A stretch of DNA of 64,000 nt from Scenedesmus sp. PABB004 (taxonomy: Eukaryota), in assembly GCA_014905635.1 (NCBI GenBank), contig CM026547.1, positions 1,674,001 through 1,738,000 of the forward strand, written 5' to 3'. Numbering within the stretch: the stretch's first letter is position 1; each line of letters begins with the position of its first letter. This document shows positions 24,418 to 35,142 of the stretch, in pieces. Under the pieces are notes generated by a model. That model was given only the letters and a program-made list of their open reading frames with translations. It was not told the origin of the DNA and did not search any database. The translations under genes were made by a program, and so were the position numbers.

Positions 24418-26165
24418 TCAGCCCTGGCTGCAGCGCCGCAGCAGCTCGCGCCCGCTCGCGATGCACTCCTTGCCGCTCACCAGCCGCGGCTGCCCCGGGT
24501 CGGGCGTGAAGCGCGCCGACCCGGCCGCCTGCGGCAGCCAGCGGCCGCGCACGAGCATGTCGTTGCGCGGCGTGCGGTCCCAGGGCCGGTCCCAGGGGCG
24601 GCTGCTCGCAATGAGCGCCTGCAGGTGCACCAGGAAGCCGCAGCCCGGGTCGGGCGAGGCCAGCACGTAGCCGGGCGCGGGCGTGGACTTGTGCACGCGC
24701 GTGTTGACCACGCGCCCGCCGTGCAGCACCGGCTTGCCCAGCAGGCAGGGGCACTGCGCGAGCTGCAGCGCCACGCCCGGCCCGCCCGGCGCCGCGCCGG
24801 CCTCCCAGCACGCGAGCTCGTCGGCGCCGCCGCAGTCGGCGGCCAGGGCGGCGTAGCGCACGAGCGTCGCGCCCGCGCCGCGCTCGCTCAGCAGCGCCCG
24901 GCCGCCGCAGCTCGCGTCTGCAAAGGCGCCGCCGCGGGGGAGCACGAGGTACTCGTCCAGGTCGAAGAAGGCCAACCGCACACCCCGCCCGTGCCCCGCC
25001 AGCAGGGCCAGCTGGTTGCGCGGCACCTGCCAAAAGTAGGGCTGCGGCCCGCGCACGGCCGCGCCGCCGCCGTCGGCACTGCCGCCGCCGCCGCCGTCAG
25101 CACTGCCGCCGCCAGGTGCGGGGCCGGCGTCCGCGCCCGCCGCCCGCCACGCGTCGCCGCCCTGCGGGCAGAAGGGGGTGCGGGCGGCGTCAGCGGGGCG
25201 GCAGGCCGCGCGGGCGGGCGCCCGCGGCGACGGCGGCGGCGGCGGCGCGCGCGCACCCAGACCCAGGGCCAGATGAGCAGGCGCCCCGCCGCGACCTCCG
25301 CGGCGACGCTCGGCATCGCCGCCAGCGCGAGCGCCTCGTCGGGGTTGCAGCGCAGCAGCGTGCCGTTGAACCCCAGCCGCGCGTGGTGCGCGCCGTGCAG
25401 CAGCAGCAGGCGCGCCAGGGTGGCGGGCGGCACGGGGTTGGGGCTCGTGGTAGTCACCACGTTCCACACGCCGGCCAGCTCCACCGCGGGCGCGCGGGAC
25501 GCGAGCGGCGCGGCGCCGCCACCGCCGCCGTCGCCGGCGGCGCACGCCGGGAGCGGGACGTGGTGCTGCAGCGCCGCGCCCTCGAGCACCAGCGACAGCC
25601 CGCGCGGCCGCACGCCGTCGGGGCCGCGCAGCGGCCAGAGCCCCATGTCGGCGCGCGCGTCGTCGCCGTCCTGCCAGCGCAGCGGCCAGGCGCCGCCGCC
25701 GTCGCGCTCGCGCAGCGACAGGCGCAGCGCCGGCTGCGCCTCGGACGGCTGCTTGTAAAAGTAGGCCGCCGCCGTGAAGCCCGGGTCGGTCGGGAAGAGC
25801 CCCGAGAAGCCCCGCACGCCCACGCTGCCGCCGCCGGGCGCGCAGAAGAGGCGCAGGAAGACGCGCAGCTCGCTCGCCGCGAACGACACGCCGTGCACGC
25901 TCGCGTTGCCGGGCAGCGCGACGGGGAAGGAAAAGGTCTGGATGCCCAGCTCCGCGTTGCCCACCACCGCGCGCTTGACCGCCATCGCCTGCGAGGAAGC
26001 GCCCGCGCCGGGCGCAAAGCCGGCAGCAAACACGCCCACGCCGTGCGCGCCGCGCGGGGCCGCCAGCAGCAGCACCAGCAGCGGCGCCGCCGCGGCGAGG
26101 GCCCCCAGCGCCAGCCCCGGCCGCGGCGGCGCTCGCCGCCGCGCCGTGCTGCAGCAACCGCGCAT
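24418..26165 (-). CDS. Putative secretory-pathway glycosyltransferase (GT-A fold, GT92/DUF23-like), 2 exons
   Basis: N-terminal hydrophobic anchor (LALGALAAAAPLLVLLLAAP), HHARLGF, YFWQ...LALL and the DxD-containing RLAFFDLDEYLV motif; one GT-AG intron at ~25260-25162. Confidence 0.55.
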
Positions 26166-26546
26166 GGCGGTTCCGTTACGCGGCCATGCGCGGGGGCAGG
26201 GCGCGGCCCGGCCCCGCACGGGGCGTTCGCGGGCTGCTGCAGGGGCCGCTCTGGCGCTTTGGGGGCTGCGCTCCGTGCGGGCCTCTGCCGACTCTCCGTG
26301 AGCTGGGAAAAGACCACCGCGCCAGGCAGGCGAGCCTGCCGCGCGACTGGGTCGGGCCGGGCGCGCGAAGCGAGCGGCTTGCCTGTGCCGGGATCGTCGA
26401 GGGTCTGCGGCCTGCGCGACCGACACTGCGACTCACTAGAAAGCTCCGCACGCGACGCGGCGGCGCGGCGGCGGCGGGCCGGCGCGCGGCGGCGGGCGCG
26501 CCCGTACGGCCGCGGCCGGCCGGCTTCCAGGGCGCCGCCCGGCGTC

Positions 26547-27150
26547 GGCAGGACCACCTACTCGCGCTGGTGCTGCTCAGGGAGCGGCTCTGGAGCTGCA
26601 TGATTGCGACGTGGCGACGGAACGGCTGCGGCGGGTCGGCTGGGCACGGGCGGCGCGGCGCGGGGGCGCCCGCTTTGAGCGAGGGCGCCCGGAGACTTAG
26701 GTTGTAGGGGTGTCAGTTCGGTGTTATCTCCTACGCGCCGGCACACCCCGCAGCGCCCAGGCGGCCTGGCGCGCCCGATCCGCGGCAGCGCGCGCGGGAG
26801 GGGCGGAGCGGCGCCACCCGGCCTGCGGCTCGTGCGCGCGGCGCGAGCCAGGCGCACGCGCGGCGAGGGGCTCGGGCCCGGGCCTGGCCCCGCGCCGAGC
26901 GCAGGCGGTGAGGCGGCGCTGCGCTGCGCCACACAGCAGGCGGGCGCGCGCGCGCTGGCCCGCCGCGCAGCGCGGTGCTGCGCGCTGGCCCGCAGCGCGG
27001 CGCGTTCCACGCCGTGCGCTGGCACGCACCGCCGCGGGCGAGTTTGCGGCGCCGCGTGGCTCCACGCCGCCCGGCACTGGCGCCGCCGCCGGGACCGCCG
27101 CGGCGCGCGCGCTCCTCAACCCCGCAGCGCGCTCGAGCCACCGCACGAGC
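26547..27150 (-). repeat. Inverted duplicate (left copy) of the NADP-MDH promoter, exon 1 and intron-1 start
   Basis: Reverse complement of 30535-31134 with only a few substitutions and indels; carries ATG 26601 [13 protein letters not shown] and the donor GTAGGT. Confidence 0.95.
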
Positions 27151-27350
27151 GCCCCGTGCGCCGCCGCGGCGGTGACAACCGCCCCGATCCCAGCACCGCG
27201 CACCGCCCCGTGGGCGCGCCAGCCGCCGCCGCGGCCGCCGCTGCCGGCGCGCCAAAATCAAACTTCGCCGCTCATTTCCGAGCCCGCGAGCCCGCCGCCC
27301 GCGTCGATCGCGTCCTCGCCGTGCTCCGAGCTGCCTGGGGCCGATGAGCC

Positions 27351-29999
27351 ATGAAGCAGTTTGCGAAGCGCGGCCCGCGCCAGGCGCCCGCGCCTAGCCG
27401 CGAAGCGCAGCCGCTGCGCGACCAGGGCGTGATAGCCAACGCTCCCGCCTCATCCTCCCTGGGCCTGCCGAGCGCCAGCGCGGAGGATCCCTACAGCTTT
27501 CCCGACCCGGACGCGGCCGAGCCCCTGCCCTCGCCGGCGCCCGCGCCCAGCCGGCCCAGGAGCGCGCCAGCGGCCGAGGTGAGGCGCGCAGCGCGCCCCG
27601 GGGCACGCGCCGCGCCTCGCCGCGGCCGCCGCAACCGCCGCAACCGCTGCTGCCGCCGCTGCTGCGCGCGCCGCCGCGCCGCGCCCGCAGGCGGCCGCCC
27701 CCGCAGCGCCAGGCGGCGCGGCGCCCGGCCGCAAGACGCCCGTGCCCGCGCCCGGGGGCGGCGGCAGCTCGCCCAAGCGCCCGCGCGCGGTGGCGCCCGC
27801 GCCCGCGCCCGCGCAGCGCGGCGCGAGCCCGGAGGACGCCCCGGCCGGCGCGCCCGCCGCTGCAGCCGCGGCTGTCGCGCCCGGCGCCAGCGGCGCCAGC
27901 GGCGCCAGCGGCGGCGGCGCCTCGGGAAGGCCCAGAGCCCGCGCGGACGGGGGCAGCCGCGGCGCCGCGAGCGGCGGCAGGCGGTCGCGCGGCGGCAGCC
28001 CGGCGGCCGGCGAGCCCCGCGCGCCCGGCAGCAGGCCGGCCACGCCGCAGGGCGCCCGCGCCGGCGAGGCGCGCGCCGTGGGGCTGCCCACGCCGCGCCG
28101 GCCCGCCGGCATCCTGCTCCCCGCCGGCCTGCTGGCCGAGGCGCGGCCGGCGCAGACGGTCATGGAGGTGCGGGGCGGCGGCGCACACGCGCGGCGCGCC
28201 CGCCCGGCGGCGCGCGGCGCGGCCGTGCTCAGCGCCGCCGCGCCGCGCCGTGCCGCGCCGCGCAGGCCCAGGAGCGCGGCGAGCTGGTGCAGCTGCAGGA
28301 CGATGCGCGCTACGCCATGGACGGCCTGGCGCCGAGCTGCAGCGTCGAGACGCAGCGCGAGAGCGCCGCGACGCTCACCGACATGCTCTGCACGCGCAAG
28401 GGCCGCCTGGCGCTGCGGTGCGGCGCGCGGCGGCGCCCGGCCGCCCGCCCTCGCAGCCGGCCGACCGCCGCGGCTCGCGTGCGCGCCGCGCCGGCTGACG
28501 CGCGCCCCGCCGCCGCGGCTCCGCGCGCCCCTGCAGCGCGGACGGGCTGGCGCAGCAGGTGCTGTCGAGCCTGGCCAAGCTCAAGGCGGGCAAGGACCCC
28601 GTGATGGGCCTGGCGGCCACGCTGGTGCTGCTCATGCTCACCTCGGAGGACGCGCACCCCACCTACCTCGCCTCGGTCGCGGCGGCGGTGCTCCTGGACC
28701 AGCTGCTGCAGGTGGGCGGCGCCGGCGCCGGCGCCGGAGCGGCGCAAGCATATGCTTACGCACCCACGCGCGCGCCGAGCCCGCCCGCCTGCCTGCCGTC
28801 TCGACCCTGGCGCCGCCGCCGCCGCCGCCACCGCGCGCAGAGCGACGCAAGCTTTGACGACGTCGCGGCGTCGGGGCCCTCCGGCGCGCGCCTGGCCCGC
28901 ATGCTCAAGGCGCGCCCGCTCGCCGGCCTGCTCGCGAGCGCGGGCGTGACGACGCAGCGCGAGCTGCTGCTCATCACGCTGGTGCGGCGCTGCGGCGCGC
29001 AGGGCGGGGGCGCGAGCGAGGGCGCCCGCGGCGGCGCCCCGCCTGCGCAGCGCTGGCCGCGCCCGCGATCGCCGACCCGACCCGCGCGCCGCGCCGCAGG
29101 AGCAAGCCACGAGCAGCGCGCAGGCGAGCAAGCTGGCGGCGGTGGACAAGCTCAAGGCCAACCTGCGCATGTACGGCGGGCTCGCCCGCCTCGGGCGGCT
29201 CGTCGCCGACGCCGCGGGCGACGCCGTGGCGCGCGCGCGGCACCTGCACATGGCGCTGCTGGTGCTCGAGAACGCGACCTTCACCTGCCAGGACAACGGC
29301 GCCGCGCTCGTGTCGCTCGACGTGCTCGCGCCGCCCGGCCTGCGCGGCGGCGGCGGCGGGCGCGGCGGCGGCGGCGGCGGCGAGAGCGCGGCGCTGCCCG
29401 CCGTGCTCGTGCACGCCGCGCGGCAGCTGCTGGGCGGCCTCGCGGCGGGGTCACCGCACTGCGCCCCCGCGCTGCACGTGTGCCTGTCGGTGCTGATGAA
29501 CTTGAGCCACCAGAGCCCGCCCGGCGGCGCCGCCATCAGCGACGCCGGCGGGCTGCAGGCCGCCGCGGCGCTGCTCGGCCAGCTGCTGGGCCCGTCGCAG
29601 CACTCGCACGCGGAGCTGTGCAAGGAGGTGCGCGTGTGGGCGCGGGGCCGGCGGGCCGGCCGCGCTGCCCGCCCGGCGCGCGCGGCGCGCGGCGCGGCGC
29701 CTGGCGCCGACGCTGCGGGCGCGGGCGCCGCGCGCGCGCAGGTGCTGGCGCAGCTGGAGCTCATCAGCGTGGCGCTGGGCGTGCTCATCAACCTCGTGTC
29801 GGGCGAGCCCGCCAACAGCCGCGCGCTGGCGGCCCTGGACGTCGCCGACGGCGGCGAGGGCGGCGGCGGGGAGGGCGGCCTCGTGCCGCTGCTGTGCACC
29901 GTGATGGCCGCGGTCGGCGAGCTGCTGCAGGAGCGCGACCGCGAGCAGGAGCCGGACGGCGACGCCGCCGCGACCGCGCGCGGGCTGCTGGCGCGGCGC

Positions 30000-30062
<63 letters not shown>

Positions 30063-30362
30063 GACGGTGGCGCCGACGCGCCGCCGTGCGACGCGGCCGC
30101 GAGCGCGGGCGAGGCCTCGATCGTGGAGGCCTATTGCGGCATGCTGCTGGGCTTCCTGGTGCGCGACTGCCCGGGCCTGGGCGAGCGCGTGTCGGCGCAG
30201 CTGGAGGGCCAGTCGCTGCTGCCCATCGTCGGCGCGGTGCAGCGCTGCCTCCACTTTTACGTGAGCACCGGCGCCATCACCGAGCACTCGCGCGCGACGC
30301 TGGAGGAGCTGCTCGCGCACCTGGGCGCGGCGTGCGGCGACCAGGAGCAGCCAGCCTCCTAG
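27351..30362 (+). CDS. WAPL: Wings apart-like cohesin release factor
   Basis: TVME|AQERGELVQLQDDARYAMDGL...QRESAATL..LCTRKGRLALR, LLVLENATF, LSVLMNLSH, LGVLINLV, EASIVEAYCGMLLGFL...VQRCLHFY match the plant-type WAPL domain. Confidence 0.82.
30000..30059 (+). repeat. (GGC)n microsatellite, poly-Gly in WAPL
   Basis: About 20 consecutive Gly codons. Confidence 0.9.
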
Positions 30363-30456
30363 GGCTTGCTGGCAGAAGGCTCTTCAGGTGGAGAGCGAAC
30401 GCGGCCGCGCCGGCGCCGGCGACACGACGGGAGGTTGCGAGCGGTGTCTGCCTGCG

Positions 30457-30461
30457 TGTAA
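30457..30461 (+). terminator. TGTAA polyadenylation signal of WAPL
   Basis: UGUAA about 95 nt after the stop, just before the right repeat copy. Confidence 0.55.
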
Positions 30462-30534
30462 TCCCCTGCTCTTGCTGCTTGGTGGTGTGCGCTGCCCGAG
30501 CCGGCGGAGCGGCGCTACGCGTCGAGCGCTGCGC

Positions 30535-31134
30535 GCTCGCGGCGGCTCGAGCGCGCGGGGTTGAGGAGCGCGCGCGCCGCGGCGGTCCCGGCGGCGCCAG
30601 TGCCGGGCGGCGCCAGTGGAGCCACGCGGCGCCGCAAACTCGCCCGCGGCGGTGCGTGCCAGCGCACGGCGTGGAACGCGCCGCGCTGCGGGCCAGCGCG
30701 CAGCACCGCGCTGCGCGGCGGGCCAGCGCGCGCGCGCCCGCCTGCTGCGCGGCGCAGCGCAGCGCCGCCTCACCGCCTGCGCTCGGGGCGGGGCCAGGCC
30801 CGGGCCCGAGCCCCTCGCCGCGCGTGCGCCTGGCTCGCGCCGCGCGCACGAGCCGCAGGCCGGGTGGCGCCGCTCCACCCCTCCCGCGCGCGCTGCCGCG
30901 GATCGGGCGCGCCAGGCCGCCTGGGCGCTGCGGGGTGTGCCGGCGCGTAGGAGATAACACCGAACTGACACCCCTACAACCTAAGTCTCCGGGCGCCCTC
31001 GCTCAAAGCGGGCGCCCCCGCGCCGCGCCGCCCGTGCCCAGCCGACCCGCCGCAGCCGTTCCGTCGCCACGTCGCAATCATGCAGCTCCAGAGCCGCTCC
31101 CTGAGCAGCACCAGCGCGAGTAGGTGGTCCTGCC
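30535..31134 (+). repeat. Inverted duplicate (right copy): native NADP-MDH promoter and exon 1
   Basis: Matches 26547-27150 in reverse complement; includes ATG 31080. Confidence 0.95.
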
Positions 31135-33012
31135 CGCGCGCGGCTCGCAGGGAGCCCGCCCCGCGCCGGCCGGGCGCTGACGCCGCCCCCTCGACCTCCT
31201 GCGCGCAGGGCCATGCGCGCCTCGCGTCGCGCGCGTGCGGGCGCTCGGCCGGCGCGCGGTGCTGGTGCGGGCGGAGGCCACCGCCACCACGGCGCCCCCC
31301 GCCACGGCCGCTAAGCACGCGGAGCACGAGGAGCTGCAGAAGTACGGCGTGTTCAAGCTCAGCTACGAGACCCTCAACGTGCGCGGCGGTCGGGGGCATG
31401 CATCGCGGTGCCTCTTGGCGCGGTCCGGCGCCGCCGCGGGCCGCCGCTCACCGCGCGCCCGCCTCGCGCACGCAGGAGGACCCCTCGCTCACCAAGAACT
31501 GGCAGAAGACCGTGCGCGTCGCCGTCACGGGCGCGTCCGGCCAGATTTCCAACCACCTGCTGTTCATGGTGAGCGCGGCCCGCCGGCGCCCCGCCAGGCC
31601 CACCCCGCGGCCGCGGCGGCCAGGCCGGGGGTCAGTGCACGTAATTGGCCCCCGCGACGACCCCCCGGCGCGGCACGCGCACCGCCGCGCGCGCCGCTGC
31701 CGCCGCGCGCGCGCGCGCCGCCCCACCCCCGCGGCGGCTCATCCGCCCGCCTCCCGCCCGCCCCCGCCCGCCCCGCAGCTCGCGTCGGGCGAGGTGTTTG
31801 GCAAGAACCAGCCCGTCGCGCTGCAGCTGCTGGGCAGCGACCGCTCGCGTGAGGCGCTGGAGGGCGTGGCCATGGAGCTCGAGGACAGCCTCTACCCGCT
31901 GCTGCGCGAGGTGGGGGGCGCGCGCTGTGCGCTGCTGCGCCGCGCTGCGACGCGCGGGGTGGCAGGCCGCGCCGCCGGGCCGCGGGGCTGCACGGCCCCC
32001 TCGCGCGCGCCGCGCTCACCCGCCCCGCGCCCGCGCCCCGCGCCCCAGGTGAGCATCGGCACCGACCCCTACGCCGTGTTCCAGGACGCCGAGTGGGCGC
32101 TCATGATCGGCGCCAAGCCCCGCGGCCCCGGCCAGGAGCGCGCCGACCTGCTGGACCAGAACGGCCGCATCTTCGTGGAGCAGGCACGCAGCACCCCGCG
32201 CGCGCGCGCGCCGCGCCGCCGCGCTCACGCGCCCCTGCGCGCCGCGCTCACGCGCCGCCGCCGCCGCCGCCCCGCCCCGCTGCTCTGCCCGCGCGCAGGG
32301 CAAGGCGCTGAACGAGGTCGCGAGCCGCAACTGCAAGGTCCTCGTCGTGGGCAACCCGTGCAACACCAACGCGCTGATCGCGATGGAGAACGCGCCCAAC
32401 ATCCCGCGCAAGAACTTCCACGCGCTCACGCGCCTCGACGAGAACCGCGCCAAGTGCCAGCTCGCGCTCAAGGCGGGCAAGTTTTACACCAACGTCTCGC
32501 GCACGACCATCTGGGGCAACCACAGCACGACGCAGGTCCCCGACTTCATCAACGCCCGCATCGGCGGCCGCCCCGCGATCGACGTCATCCAGGACATGTC
32601 GTGGTTCAAGGAGGAGTTCACGCCCACCGTCGCGCAGCGCGGCGGCGCGCTGATCAAGAAGTGGGGCCGCAGCAGCGCCGCGAGCACGGCGGTGTCGGTC
32701 GCCGACGCGATCCGCTCGCTCGTCACGCCGACCGCGCCGGGCGACTGCTTCAGCACCGCCGTGTGCACCGACGGCAACCCCTACGGCATCGCGGAGGGCA
32801 TCATCTTCAGCATGCCCTGCCGCTCCAAGGGCGACGGCGACTACGAGGTCTGCGACGACTTCATCATCGACGACTGGCTGCGCAAGAAGATTGCCGCGAG
32901 CGAGGAGGAGCTGGTCAAGGAGAAGGAGTGCGTCGGCCACCTCATCGGCATGACCGGCGCGGCGTGCCGCATCGGCCCCGGCGAGGACACGATGCTGCCG
33001 GGCGAGAACTGA
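31080..33012 (+). CDS. NADP-MDH: Chloroplast NADP-dependent malate dehydrogenase
   Basis: Transit peptide (exon 1 31080-31119, phase-1 intron), [68 protein letters not shown] and the C-terminal redox extension [13 protein letters not shown]...DTMLPGEN. Confidence 0.96.
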
Positions 33013-33574
33013 GCGGCGCGCCGCGCGCGCGGGCCGCCGCCGCCGGCGCGCAGCACGGTGCGGCCGGCGGGGGGCCCCCGCGGGCCGGCGCGCGGCGCGG
33101 GGGGGCGGGCCCTGTAGTCTAGGCGCACTGGGGAGGCGGGGCGGGGCTTGGGAGCGCTGCCCCCGCGGAGCAGCACAGAATCAACGCAGCGCCTGGCTCT
33201 GCGCGGGGTGAGGCGCCCCGCGCCGGGCCGGCGCCGGCCCTGCGCGCGGGCGCCCGCGCCGACTGGCGCGGGCGCGCCCCTGATACCTGGCTGCGCAAGC
33301 CAAGGCTGTACTGGTGTGTGAGAGCGTGCAGGTTGAGAGTGACAAACGAGTGCAACCCCGACGCGTTTGGCATGGCATCGCGCGCTCGGGGCGCAGCGGC
33401 GGGGCGCAGCGGCGCAGGAGCGCGGCGGCGCGCGCCGCAGCGGGGCGCAATCCTCCGCCACCTCGCTGCCGCCCAGCACTCGCGCCGCCCTCGACCGTGC
33501 ACCGCCCAGCGCGCTCGCACGTCCTCCTCGCCGCGCGCCACCTTCGCGGCCACCGTGCATCGCCCGCCCTCGCC

Positions 33575-34856
33575 ATGCGCTGCCTGCACCTCTCACCCGC
33601 CGCCTCCGTGGCGCGGCCCTTTCAGAGCAGCTGCGCCGCGCCACGGCCGCTGGCGGTGCGCGTGCGGCTGGCGGCGGCAGCAGCTGCTGCTCCCTGCCGG
33701 CGAGGCGCCGAGCCCAGCAGGTGCGGCGGGGCTGGGGCGCCCATTGGGGCCGCGACCGCTCCCTGGCGGCCAGAGCCTCACGCCCGCCTCGCCGGCCGGC
33801 GCGCAGCCGCGGGGCGCGGCTAGCGCCGCTGCGGGCGAAGAAGGCCGCCGACGCTGCCGGCGACGTTGACCTGGACATGGTGGCGCTGGAGGCAGAGACC
33901 GACGCGGTGCGCGGGGTGGCGGCCAGCGGCGGCGGCGCGCGGCGCCGGGCGGTGCCGGCGCCCTGCAGCCAGCGCCAGCCGCGGCGCGCCTGGCGCGCTC
34001 GACGGCGGCGGCGGCAGAGCTGGCAGCGGCGCCCCGCGAGCCGCCCGCCGCGGCGCACGCGCGCATGCACGCGCAGGAGGAGCGCATGCAGAAGGCGGTG
34101 AGCGTGGTCGCGGACAACTTCAACACCATGCGCACCGGCCGCGCCAACCCCGCCATCCTCGACCGCATCATGGTGCGGCGGACGGCGGCCGGGCGCGCCC
34201 CGCCCGCCCGCACGCGCCGTCGGTCGCGCCAGCGCCGGCGCCAGCGTCGGCGGCGCGCGTCGCTGAGCGCCCTCCCCGTCCCCCGCCCGCAGGTGGACTA
34301 CTACGGCGCGCCGACGCCGCTGAAGAGCCTCGCCTCGATCGCGGTGCCGGACGCGAGCACGCTGCTCATCTCGCCGTTTGACAAGGGCAGCCTCAAGGAG
34401 ATTGAGAAGGCCATCAACGAGAGCGACATCGGCATCAACCCCAGCAACGACGGCGACAAGATACGCCTCGTCATCCCAGCCATGACCCAGGCGCGCGCGC
34501 GCGCGCCGCGCTGGCGCCGCCGCCGCCCCGCGCTCCTGCCGCGCGCTTGCGCCCCGCGCGCCGCTCCGCCCGCCCACGCGCGCGCCGCGCCGCCCGCCCG
34601 CGCGCCGCGCCGCCGCGGCCGACCGGCGCAGGACCGGCGCAAGGAGCTGACCAAGAAGGTGTCCAAGATGGGCGAGGACGGCAAGGTCGCGGTGCGCAAC
34701 GTGCGCAAGGACTTCCTCAAGCGCCTCGACAAGTACGAGTTCCCCAAGGACACCAAGAAGGGCCTCGAGGACGGCATCCAGAAGACGACCGACGGGTTCG
34801 TCAAGAAGCTCGACGAGATGGTCAAGGCCAAGAGCGAAGACATCATGAAGGTCTGA
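33575..34856 (+). CDS. RRF: Chloroplast ribosome recycling factor
   Basis: Transit-like N-terminus, ERMQKAV..FNTMRTGRANPAILDRI, VDYYGAPTPLKSLA, PSNDGDKIRLVIP, EDGKVAVRNVRKD. Confidence 0.93.
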
Positions 34857-34918
34857 CGCACGAAGAAGGGGGCCTGCTGCGCCGAGGGCCCGCGCCGGGG
34901 ACGCGGGCTGCGGCTTGC

Positions 34919-34923
34919 TGTAA
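34919..34923 (+). terminator. TGTAA polyadenylation signal of RRF
   Basis: UGUAA about 60 nt after the stop. Confidence 0.55.
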
Positions 34924-35142
34924 GCGCCGCACAGCCGAGCACGCGGGCGCGCACCGGCGGCGCAGGGTCCAGCGTGCCGCTGCGCCGCCGGCGGCGCCCC
35001 CTGCGTCCCCGCGCGGCCCCGTCGTCCAGCTGCCCACCCGTGCCACGGCGCCGCGCTCGCACGGCCTGCGCAGCAACGGCGGCGGAGCAGCGCGCCGCCG
35101 CCGCCGCCCGGCTCCCGCAATCAGCGCGACCCACGTCCCATC

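Noticed and set aside
26547..31134. Inverted repeats read as the TIRs of a DNA transposon carrying WAPL
   Set aside because: The repeat is host promoter plus MDH exon 1. There is no transposase, and no target-site duplication is evident at the outer ends.
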